Virus record (IMG/VR): IMGVR_UViG_3300036915_000009
Location: 1-58,855 of that record
Reading direction: 5' to 3' (one strand)
Length of the DNA stretch: 58,855 nt
DNA from: a virus
Lineage: Duplodnaviria; Caudoviricetes
Both the position numbers and the translations under genes were made by a program. Each line of letters starts with the position of its first letter. The stretch's first letter is position 1. Below the pieces are notes generated by a model. It was not told the origin of the DNA and made no database searches. It saw only the letters and a program-made list of their open reading frames with translations. Of the stretch, positions 27,755 to 35,523 are shown one piece after another.

Positions 27755-29263
27755 TCAGGCGACCTTGCTTGCGACCACGCCGAGCTTCGCGAGCGGCTTG
27801 ACGATCGCGAGCGGTAGGAAAATGTTCACCTGGGTCGGGTCCACGTCATCGATGGCCACCACCAGCTCATCGTTCTCGATGGATGCATCCAGTGCGGGCT
27901 TCTGCACCACGCCCGAGCGAGTCCAGAACGTCAGCCGCGAGATCACGAACTCTTCAACGTCCCTTCGCTCCACCACTCCGGGGGGCAATGCATCAGCGCC
28001 CGGCGGGAGATCTTCCGAGATCGAAGCGTTGGCGAACTGCTGCGGAAGCACGGTTCGCATATCGCGAGCAACCGCATACATGCCGAGCGTGTCCGTCATG
28101 TCGAAAGCGCGGTAATCCTGGGTCGCGCCGTCCAGCGAGTGGGTCGTGATGGGCCGCACCACCACCACCTGGCTCGTCCCTTGTGCCACCTGCAGCGGAG
28201 TGACGCCGTTCTCCAGAAGGTCCTCGACCTCGGCCGCCGTGAGGCGCTCGGCTGAAACATCTCGTGGACCGTAGAGGTTATGCACGTTGCCGATCCGGTT
28301 GTAGTTCGGTCGCAGCGCAGCGAAGGCGAGCGCGTCGCCAGCTTCGGACGCCGCCAGTTCGCACGGCAGATCGTCGAAGGTCTGCCCAAATACGTATTCG
28401 CAGGCTTCGTTATTGCGGTCGATGGCGCCTGCCTTCACGTCCGCGATCGCGCCCGTGTGACCGATCCAAGCCACCTGGAGCAACGCATCAGCGCCGCTTT
28501 CGTAGGTATTGATGTGATCGGTCAAACGCTCGGCGTTGCTGCTGCTGGTGGCGGCCGCATCGGCGTTGCTGGTGCAGCCGATGATCGCCGCGTATTCGGT
28601 GGTTGAGATGGCGGTGAGCGCGGTCGTCCAATCGGGCTCGGTCGTGCCGGATGCAAGCGCGGTTGGGTTGGCTGCGATCGTGATGCCACCTCCGCCTTCG
28701 ATGACCGAAGCGAAGATCCTTACATCATTGCCCCAAGGGCCAGCGACCTTCGCGGTGTAGTCGATGTCGCCGGTTCCACCATCGGCAACCGTGACGAACA
28801 GATCGTTTGCCTGTTGGTTGATGTAACTCACCGCGCGGGTCACGAAAGCGGTATTCGCTTCGCCGCTGAGCCATGGGACATCGATGGATCGACCGTGGAT
28901 CCGAAAGCGGATCGTGCTGTTCTCGGTGGCGGTGCCGCTAAAGGTCTGGGTCTCCGAAGCCGCGGCGCCGCCGCTCGCTGTTGGGGCGAGCACGTCCAGC
29001 TTCCCCAAGCCATTGCGCTCGAAGAAGCGCTTCGCCGCGAGATGGCCTGGCGTGCCTGCGCCGAGCGCTGTGGCCACGTCATCGGCGCCGAAGCACTGGC
29101 GTACCTCGGTGTCTACTGTGATGTCGCCCGCGGAACTCTTGGGGGCGATGATCAATGCTCTCAGGGCTGCGGTGCCTGGGTTGGCTACTGCAGCGAGCAG
29201 ATTGACGGTGAGGAAAAGTCCTGGAGTCTTGACGCTACTCGCTACCGCTTTCGGGATGGTCAT
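27755..29263 (-). CDS. Tail sheath protein (Mu gpL-like)
   Basis: VKTPGLF, TAKVAGPWGND, LASGTTEPD, LLENGVTPL, RPITT. Confidence 0.9.
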   Translation of the reverse strand: MTIPKAVASSVKTPGLFLTVNLLAAVANPGTAALRALIIAPKSSAGDITVDTEVRQCFGADDVATALGAGTPGHLAAKRFFERNGLGKLDVLAPTASGGAAASETQTFSGTATENSTIRFRIHGRSIDVPWLSGEANTAFVTRAVSYINQQANDLFVTVADGGTGDIDYTAKVAGPWGNDVRIFASVIEGGGGITIAANPTALASGTTEPDWTTALTAISTTEYAAIIGCTSNADAAATSSSNAERLTDHINTYESGADALLQVAWIGHTGAIADVKAGAIDRNNEACEYVFGQTFDDLPCELAASEAGDALAFAALRPNYNRIGNVHNLYGPRDVSAERLTAAEVEDLLENGVTPLQVAQGTSQVVVVRPITTHSLDGATQDYRAFDMTDTLGMYAVARDMRTVLPQQFANASISEDLPPGADALPPGVVERRDVEEFVISRLTFWTRSGVVQKPALDASIENDELVVAIDDVDPTQVNIFLPLAIVKPLAKLGVVASKVA

Positions 29264-29618
29264 CGCGCTTGTCCTGTCGTTTGACGGGAGGTGCGCCTAC
29301 CTCCGATGGGTTGCTAGCTAGTGTAGTTGTGGCTCGGGCCTGTTTGGCCTTCAGCTGGGGGGCTTGGCTCGCTCGCCACTCGTCTCCGGTGCGAGCTCGC
29401 AGCGAGCCGTTCGCGATGGCTCGCTGATACTCACGACGATAACGCCGAAGCTCAGCGTAAGGGATGGCGACGATCTGTTCGGGGAAGTAGTTGATGCCGT
29501 TCGAGCCATCGAACCGCCGAGCGGCTCCGATGAGCACCCGCGAGGCGCCGAAGCGCGCCACTGGCTTGCCAGGCACCGAGCTGACGAACAGACCGAAGGG
29601 CTCCGAAGGATCCGCCAT
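29235..29618 (-). CDS. Small pre-sheath protein (Mu gp38-like position)
   Basis: EYQRAIANGSL motif; directly upstream of the sheath. Confidence 0.5.
   Translation of the reverse strand: MADPSEPFGLFVSSVPGKPVARFGASRVLIGAARRFDGSNGINYFPEQIVAIPYAELRRYRREYQRAIANGSLRARTGDEWRASQAPQLKAKQARATTTLASNPSEVGAPPVKRQDKRDDHPESGSE
29287..29304 (-). promoter_or_regulatory. AGGCGC-loop hairpin, copy 2
   Basis: GGAGGU-AGGCGC-ACCUCC, 23 nt before the sheath start. Confidence 0.55.
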
Positions 29619-29661
29619 GGCCGACAAACTACGCCATGCCAGCATCGGCGTCCACAACGGG

Positions 29662-30642
29662 TTACGGATCGTCCGTCATGTCGACCTCCACGTCCACGAC
29701 AGTGAGATCACCGGTTGGCTCGGGCGCCTCCCCGCCAGGTAACGCCTGCGCGATCGCGGAAGTGATCCATGTGTTGAAGGTTCGCGAGTCGATGGGCTGC
29801 AGGGTCTGATTGACGCGCAGGCTGAGGAAATAGATGTAGTGCTTCGCTCCTCGTGCCAACCGATCCCGGTTGACGATCTCGACCCCGGCGCCCACGCTGG
29901 AGAGCGCTTCGCCGTCATCGTTGCATTGGCGATCGGTCAACAGGCGCGTGGCCGCCTGCAGGATCAAAAGGCCTTCCTGACGCCGTTTGGTGTCCCCTTC
30001 CAGTCGCCCGCTGATGGCGTAGAGGCTGAAGGTCTCCCGCATGAAGCGCACCCGCCGAGCGCCACGGGTCGAGCCCTGGCGCAGGCCGGCCGTGGTGCCT
30101 TCGGCTGGCTCGGTGCTCTGCCACGCCAGCATCAGCGCGGGGAAGCGGGCGAGCAGGCTCGCGAAAATGTCCTTCGATGGGTTGGCGGCATCCAGATCCT
30201 CGAAGAAAGCGACCTCCTTCACCAGTTGCCCCGTGTCCGCGCCGTCCACCATGGCAGCGTCGAGCGTGGCGGTTGCGACGAACCCTTCGACTTCAGGCGA
30301 AAAGCGCAGGGTGGTGCCGTCCGCCAAGTTGTGGCGAGCGCCGCCCACGTTGCTCGTGATGGCGACCGATCCCGTCGCGCCGCCTGAGATAGTCCACGCT
30401 CCACCCGTACCGTTCGCGTTCACGGTGGCGGGGTTGCGAGTGACCTTGAACACGAGATCGCTGCGCTCCTGGCCGCCGATCACAGGCACCAGATACGTAT
30501 TGGGCTGCAGCACCTTGTCCGCGCCAGCGTCGGCGGTGACGGTGACAGTGCCGGTCGAACGCACCCCGCACATAGGCGAGAGTTGCGCGAGGATGGCTCT
30601 GCCGAGCTTTTCGATTGTGTTCAGAGCAAGGGACTCGGTCAT
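29662..30642 (-). CDS. Tail terminator-like protein (Mu gp37 position) with an inserted baseplate-J-like barrel
   Basis: Gene order plus FPALMLAW...FSLYAIS; residues ~28-136 parallel the barrel of 15466-17043. Confidence 0.55.
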   Translation of the reverse strand: MTESLALNTIEKLGRAILAQLSPMCGVRSTGTVTVTADAGADKVLQPNTYLVPVIGGQERSDLVFKVTRNPATVNANGTGGAWTISGGATGSVAITSNVGGARHNLADGTTLRFSPEVEGFVATATLDAAMVDGADTGQLVKEVAFFEDLDAANPSKDIFASLLARFPALMLAWQSTEPAEGTTAGLRQGSTRGARRVRFMRETFSLYAISGRLEGDTKRRQEGLLILQAATRLLTDRQCNDDGEALSSVGAGVEIVNRDRLARGAKHYIYFLSLRVNQTLQPIDSRTFNTWITSAIAQALPGGEAPEPTGDLTVVDVEVDMTDDP

Positions 30643-31127
30643 GCCACATGGCCCCGGCTAGGCGGCGCTTCGCTCGGCGATGTGATGCGGGCGACGAGCA
30701 TCTCCGCCATATCGGCCACGTCCTGCTCGAACGCTTGCGTTTCGATGTCGAAGAAGTCGCGCAGCGGGATCTTTTTCCGCGGCTGATGACTGGCATGGTA
30801 CTTCGCATAAGGCACATTGGTGAACACCTCGGCGAAGTCGACGCCATGATCGGGCGTGATGCTGCCCACCAGGTTGCCGGTGTCCTGCAGCAGCTGTGGG
30901 TTGCCGAGCCAGCGGCGCCCTCTAGGCTTGGGCAGTCCCCTGCGCTGCCACCAGAAGTCAGGCCAGGAGCCGAAGCCCTTGGTCTCGAATTGATCGAGCA
31001 CGTATTGGTGGAGTGACTCGGCGGTGACCGCCAGCACTTCCTGGATGCTTAGCTGACCGCGCCGCGTCAGCAAGCCGAGCACATCGCCCATTTCGCGGAA
31101 ATGGAGGTCGATTGTATCGGCCATCAA
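30639..31127 (-). CDS. Virion morphogenesis / tail completion protein (Mu gpG-like)
   Basis: FETKG..W...LQDTGNLVGSI...TNVPYAKYH...IPLRDF. Confidence 0.8.
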   Translation of the reverse strand: MMADTIDLHFREMGDVLGLLTRRGQLSIQEVLAVTAESLHQYVLDQFETKGFGSWPDFWWQRRGLPKPRGRRWLGNPQLLQDTGNLVGSITPDHGVDFAEVFTNVPYAKYHASHQPRKKIPLRDFFDIETQAFEQDVADMAEMLVARITSPSEAPPSRGHVA

Positions 31128-31630
31128 AAGCCACCCGGTCCGTTGCGATCGTTGGGGTTGTTTGGATCGCGATTGAAAATGAACGTGGGCGTGGCGGTGC
31201 TCTTTTCCCCGCGCAACGTGCTGTTGATGCCAGCTCCACCGCTCTCCAGTTCCAGGCGGCTGCGGATCTCGCCCCTGCTCATCGCCTTCAGCTCGGCTCG
31301 CGAGCGTTGCCCCAGGCCGTCGAACGGACCTTTGCCTTCATCGTCCAACCACTCTGTTTTGGCTTCGCCAGCGAGCTGCGCACAAATGCCAGCCCAGGCG
31401 CGGACGATCTGGGAGTCAGTCACCAGCAAGGCCAGCTGGGCGAGAGTGAAACCCTTGCCCAGCAGGATGCCGGTAACGACGTCGTTGGCGTCATTGATGA
31501 TCGCTTCCAGCCGAGTCTCGTCGGTGCCCGCCACGAGGCCATCGCCATCGAAGTCGAACAGCTGCACCACGCGCTGGGGCGTGAAGCGGTCCTCGAGCTT
31601 GCTCCGATCACCAAACGCAATCGACGCCAT
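31124..31630 (-). CDS. Head-tail adaptor (Mu gp36 / DUF1320-like)
   Basis: LEDRF...VQLFD...AIINDANDVV...LKAMSRG; gene order. Confidence 0.7.
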   Translation of the reverse strand: MASIAFGDRSKLEDRFTPQRVVQLFDFDGDGLVAGTDETRLEAIINDANDVVTGILLGKGFTLAQLALLVTDSQIVRAWAGICAQLAGEAKTEWLDDEGKGPFDGLGQRSRAELKAMSRGEIRSRLELESGGAGINSTLRGEKSTATPTFIFNRDPNNPNDRNGPGGF

Positions 31631-31634
31631 GCGA

Positions 31635-32036
31635 TCAGCCCAGCAGGTTCGCGCCCGGAGGCACGTGAGACGGGGTTACGCTCATCGCTGGCAGCGAACT
31701 CGGATGAACGGGCATTGGAAGGCCGAGATCGCGATGCGTGATCGGCCCGAACTTGATGCCGTCTGCCTCCGCCGCCTTCCGCACTGGCGCCGGTACTTTG
31801 TCGTACTGAGCGCCGCGGTAAACGTGGACGCGGCGACCTTGCACGAGCCCGATCCAGTTGGTCTGAGCCACGTTGCCGGCCTGTGTCAGGTGGACGTTTG
31901 GCTCGGGCTTGAAATCATACCGAGGCGCGCGCTTCTGCTGGCCTGGCAGCGAGGGACTTGCCGCCATGGGCTGGGGCTCGCTCTCCTCGTCGGTGCTGGC
32001 GTTCTCTGGGCGGACTTGGTTTTTCTTGTTTGCCAT
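31635..32036 (-). CDS. Hypothetical protein
   Basis: AAGGA RBS; between capsid and adaptor genes. Confidence 0.6.
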   Translation of the reverse strand: MANKKNQVRPENASTDEESEPQPMAASPSLPGQQKRAPRYDFKPEPNVHLTQAGNVAQTNWIGLVQGRRVHVYRGAQYDKVPAPVRKAAEADGIKFGPITHRDLGLPMPVHPSSLPAMSVTPSHVPPGANLLG

Positions 32037-32068
32037 GGGGTCCTTTTCGGGGGTTGTGTGGAAAAGAG

Positions 32069-32113
32069 AAAGGCCGCGAAACCACCGCGTGGGAGCGAGC
32101 TTTCGCGGCCTTT
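32069..32113 (-). terminator. Terminator-like hairpin downstream of the capsid gene
   Basis: 13-bp inverted repeat AAAGGCCGCGAAA/TTTCGCGGCCTTT followed on the - strand by CTCTTTT. Confidence 0.55.
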
Positions 32114-32145
32114 GCTGGGGTGCAGTCAGTCGCACCCGCTTGGGA

Positions 32146-32295
32146 TCACTTCATCTGATCACAAGGCGTCGGCGAATAGGCCATCTCACTGCCCACTTCA
32201 AAGCCGAGAGCACTAGCGATGGCGAGCAGGACAGCCACGATCGTCCGCACAATTGCCGGGCGCATTGGTTTGCTGGGTGGATTCACGGTTGTCAT
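32146..32295 (-). CDS. 49-aa single-TM peptide (below the ORF-track cutoff)
   Basis: MTTVNPPSKPMRPAIVRTIVAVLLAIASALGFEVGSEMAYSPTPCDQMK; AAGGGA RBS. Confidence 0.5.
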   Translation of the reverse strand: MTTVNPPSKPMRPAIVRTIVAVLLAIASALGFEVGSEMAYSPTPCDQMK

Positions 32296-32325
32296 GGGGC
32301 TGTCCCTTTCGCTTGGGGGGAGGGG

Positions 32326-33429
32326 TTACTGAATGGTGTTGATCAGGATGCCGCCAACGTTGTTTGCGACCATCTTCACCTGCTCGGCATGGCCGGAGGC
32401 GAGGAAGGCGCCACCGTGCAAGCCACGGCGGTCCAGCTGGAACTCGCGACTGGTGAAGCCATTTCCACTCGGCCCACGCCTGCGGAAAGTCTTGCACGTC
32501 ATGATGTCCTCGCCGGTGAGTGGTGTGCCAGCGGGGGTGCCCGTCGCGATCACATTGTCGGTCAGGATGTAGTCCAGAGCTCCAGTGCTGGGGTTCAGCA
32601 CCTTGCCGGCGACCACGTGGAACGGCGGAAGCCCTGGGATCTGGAAGTCCATGTTGTTCGCTGCGGCCGTTGCTGCAGCAGCGCCAGCGCCCGGTGCTCC
32701 ATCGCCCAGCATGGTGCGAAGGTGATCTCGCACCGCCTCGCTGCGAATGAAGTGATGGGCCACCGCTGGGTTCAGCCAGAGGTCGGTCACTGGCTGCGCT
32801 GATGCCTGGATCAGATCAAATATATCGCTGACGGGATCGCCATTGGCTTGCGAGTTCCACTCCACTCCGCTGGAGATGGTGAATTGGTTGCCTGACGCCC
32901 AGTTCGCAGCAGTGCTGAGCAGGCCGCCCGTGCCGAATACGCGAATCTCGCGATCGAGCGCCAGCGCCCATGCAATGCGCCGGCCCACCGCGGCCCGAAC
33001 GTCATAGAGCCCATTTCCTTCGTTGGCGTTCTCCTCAGTTACCGCCGGAATGAAGCCGCCGAGCGCGCGTTCCTGCACCCGGTAGGTGTCCAGCGATGAC
33101 TCGGGATCCACTTCGGCGATGTCTGCCTGGATCGAGCTGAGCACGTTGATTTGCTGGAAGGCATTGTTCAGACCGAACACTCGAAACTGGTCGGTGTCCT
33201 TGCCAACCAGCATGATCGGACACGCCTCGTCCGCTCGGTAACCCGGTGGTCTGTAGCCAGCCATCAGGGTGTCGACCTCTTCGGAGATCGTCACGTCAGA
33301 CGGCGACAGAGCCAGGTTGATCACATCGCCAGCGCGCCCAAGTCCGGGTGCGTCGGCTACGAGGCGGACGGTCATCCCGTCATTTCCCCCCGAGCGTGGG
33401 GGGGCCGCGAGGGCAGCGCTTGTTACCAT
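32326..33429 (-). CDS. Major capsid protein
   Basis: SPSDV...GYRP...ADEACP; position after protease and decoration genes; AAAGGA RBS. Confidence 0.8.
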   Translation of the reverse strand: MVTSAALAAPPRSGGNDGMTVRLVADAPGLGRAGDVINLALSPSDVTISEEVDTLMAGYRPPGYRADEACPIMLVGKDTDQFRVFGLNNAFQQINVLSSIQADIAEVDPESSLDTYRVQERALGGFIPAVTEENANEGNGLYDVRAAVGRRIAWALALDREIRVFGTGGLLSTAANWASGNQFTISSGVEWNSQANGDPVSDIFDLIQASAQPVTDLWLNPAVAHHFIRSEAVRDHLRTMLGDGAPGAGAAAATAAANNMDFQIPGLPPFHVVAGKVLNPSTGALDYILTDNVIATGTPAGTPLTGEDIMTCKTFRRRGPSGNGFTSREFQLDRRGLHGGAFLASGHAEQVKMVANNVGGILINTIQ

Positions 33430-33455
33430 GGTATTCTTCCTTTCGGATCCCAAGC

Positions 33456-33479
33456 GGGGTGGCGCGCCTACCGAGCCCC
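33456..33479 (-). promoter_or_regulatory. AGGCGC-loop hairpin, copy 3
   Basis: GGGG-CUC-GGU-AGGCGC-GCC-A-CCCC, 26 nt before the capsid start. Confidence 0.5.
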
Positions 33480-33496
33480 AGAGTGTTTTCTAAAGT

Positions 33497-33520
33497 GGGT
33501 TTGGGTTTGGGTTTGGGGGG
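33497..33520 (+). repeat. (GGGTTT)3GGGGGG tandem repeat
   Basis: Directly visible in the decoration-capsid intergenic region. Confidence 0.8.
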
Positions 33521-33524
33521 TGGA

Positions 33525-33914
33525 TCAGGAGTCCAGCTGACCGCGCTGGATGTCGACCTCGATAACGTCACCGTCATCGTCGGCGGCGGTGGCTGCGTAG
33601 CCGAGGATGTATTCACCCGCGGCGGCCACAAAACCTTTGCCGTCTGTGCCACCGGTCACTGGCTCGCCAATGGCGATCGCTTCGCCTGCTTCGACCTTGC
33701 CCCGATTGTTGTGTTGAACATCACCCGTATAGCCATTGAGCACCTCCGCCATGGTGACGCCGTCAATCGGCGCAGTGCCATCGGTGGCCGGGGCGATGGA
33801 GTCGACGGTGGTGCTCTTTATGACTAGGCGCAGGGCCGAGATGGTCGACCCGGTGCCGTTGTACCCGTGGCGGATGTCGCCGCTATCGGCAACAATTGCT
33901 CTCGCTGAAGTCAT
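33525..33914 (-). CDS. Capsid decoration/cement protein (DUF2190-like)
   Basis: VEAGEAIAIGEPVTGGTDGKG...ILGYAATAADDDGDVIEV. Confidence 0.75.
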   Translation of the reverse strand: MTSARAIVADSGDIRHGYNGTGSTISALRLVIKSTTVDSIAPATDGTAPIDGVTMAEVLNGYTGDVQHNNRGKVEAGEAIAIGEPVTGGTDGKGFVAAAGEYILGYAATAADDDGDVIEVDIQRGQLDS

Positions 33915-33960
33915 GGCGCTTGTCCCTTTTTTCTTTGGGGGGTTTGAAGTTTTTGAGTCA

Positions 33961-33982
33961 TCGAAGGCGCGCCTACCCTCGA
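33961..33982 (-). promoter_or_regulatory. AGGCGC-loop hairpin, copy 4
   Basis: UCGAGGGU-AGGCGC-GCCUUCGA, 46 nt before the decoration gene. Confidence 0.55.
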
Positions 33983-34001
33983 AGCTGCTGCAGTGCGGTG
34001 C

Positions 34002-35441
34002 TTAGTTGTTGATGACCAATTGCGACTCGGTTCGAGCCTGGTGAACGCGGGCGAGTTGAGTCTCGATTGGCAGCGAAGCGAAGGCCTGATCCTTCTGGGT
34101 GAAGTAGTGGATCAGTCGTTCCGTCGTATTGCGCCCCCTGCAATTGGTCAGGTCGATTGTCGTCTCCGTACGGTCGCCTTCATCGGCGCGTTCATCGATG
34201 GGCAGGCTGCTGACCTGCTGCCCGCCGGGGCCAGCGACGAGTGGTCGGCTCAGCTGCACCTTTGCCGGATCGTTGATGCCGTACTCTGTCAGGAAGCGCT
34301 TGCGAGCTTCGGCGCGCGCTGCGCGGTGCTGAGAAAGCGTTGGCTCGTGGCCATCCTTGGATAGCTTCGCCAATTCCTCCCGCACGAGCTTCTCGCGAAA
34401 AGCGCCGAGCGCTTTCTTCGCCCCGTCGCCTTGCATCCGCTGCGCGCTCATCGCCGCGCCCACATCAGCGTTTGCGACTTCGGCATCCGACGCCATGTCC
34501 TGCTGCAGCAGCGCGTCCAGTTCGGCGAGCAGGGAAGCAACGCGCTCGCGGGCGCTTTGCAACTCCGGGATCGCCTTCATGGCGTCCTCGGCTCCGGATA
34601 CGCCCAGGGCTTCCAGTAGCCCCTTCAGATCCGACGCTCCGCTCGCTGCTTCCTCGACCGCTTCGGCCACGGCAGCATCGTCTTGCAAGACTCGGATTTT
34701 CAGGGCCTTGCACACCCTTTCGCGTAGTTCGCTCATTTGTCGATCGCCCTCGGTTGGAGTTGAGCCGGGCGCCTCCGACTGTGGTGGTCGTTTTACCTCG
34801 CGCTCTCTCGGTTGGCCAGCACCGCGGTTTGCGGCGGCGAGTGGCTGAAGATCGCGCATGAATGGGTGGTTGGTGAACGCGATCGAGGTCAGCACCGGAC
34901 CGATCGACTTGCCCGTCACCCAGTGCACCCCGTCCAGCGTGAAGGCGATCGACACCGATCGATACTGGTTTTCTGCGATTTGTCTGCGGATCTGATCGCC
35001 CAGTTGCGAGAACGCCCACAGCTGCGCCTTGCCATTGTCGCCAAGGCGCACTTCCACATCCAGCACCCAGCCACAGGCGGGAGCGCCGCCGGAAGCGATC
35101 GATCCCTCCCAGGGCGGCATCTCGCTCGCGTGCTCATAGTCGTATTGGATCACCGGCTTGACCCCGCCGGTGAACGACTGGCCATCGCCGAGATCGATGG
35201 TACCGGCCTTGTACTGCGGATCGTCGCGGAAATTGCGAACGAACGCATCGAACACGGACCGCGTCAGGTCGAACTCGCCCTGATGGTGCCCCCTGTACAC
35301 GCCTTCGTTGGCGCAGTGGATCCACTTGTAGGGCGGAGCCAGCTTCGCGGAATTGTCGTTGGCGGGCGCTTCGCCAGCGTCCAGAAGGATCGACGGCGCG
35401 AAGAAGCGGGCGAGGTTTACGCGCTCAGCGGCGGCATTCAT
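34002..35441 (-). CDS. Mu gpI-like prohead protease with C-terminal scaffold
   Basis: YDYEH, APACGW, YRSVS, SIAFTNHPF; possible internal scaffold start at 34736. Confidence 0.85.
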   Translation of the reverse strand: MNAAAERVNLARFFAPSILLDAGEAPANDNSAKLAPPYKWIHCANEGVYRGHHQGEFDLTRSVFDAFVRNFRDDPQYKAGTIDLGDGQSFTGGVKPVIQYDYEHASEMPPWEGSIASGGAPACGWVLDVEVRLGDNGKAQLWAFSQLGDQIRRQIAENQYRSVSIAFTLDGVHWVTGKSIGPVLTSIAFTNHPFMRDLQPLAAANRGAGQPREREVKRPPQSEAPGSTPTEGDRQMSELRERVCKALKIRVLQDDAAVAEAVEEAASGASDLKGLLEALGVSGAEDAMKAIPELQSARERVASLLAELDALLQQDMASDAEVANADVGAAMSAQRMQGDGAKKALGAFREKLVREELAKLSKDGHEPTLSQHRAARAEARKRFLTEYGINDPAKVQLSRPLVAGPGGQQVSSLPIDERADEGDRTETTIDLTNCRGRNTTERLIHYFTQKDQAFASLPIETQLARVHQARTESQLVINN

Positions 35442-35507
35442 GCGTTCAAGTCTACGGACGGAACGTGCTCGCTCGCAATGCAAGGGGCCGATTGACGCCC
35501 CTTTCGT

Positions 35508-35519
35508 GATCCATGGATC
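35508..35519. promoter_or_regulatory. Palindrome GATCCATGGATC, copy 4
   Basis: Between the portal stop and the protease start. Confidence 0.6.
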
Positions 35520-35523
35520 GCGC

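Noticed and set aside
31101-32802. Long + strand ORFs opposite head genes, and similar ones elsewhere
   Set aside because: Antisense shadows expected in high-GC coding DNA; no recognisable motifs
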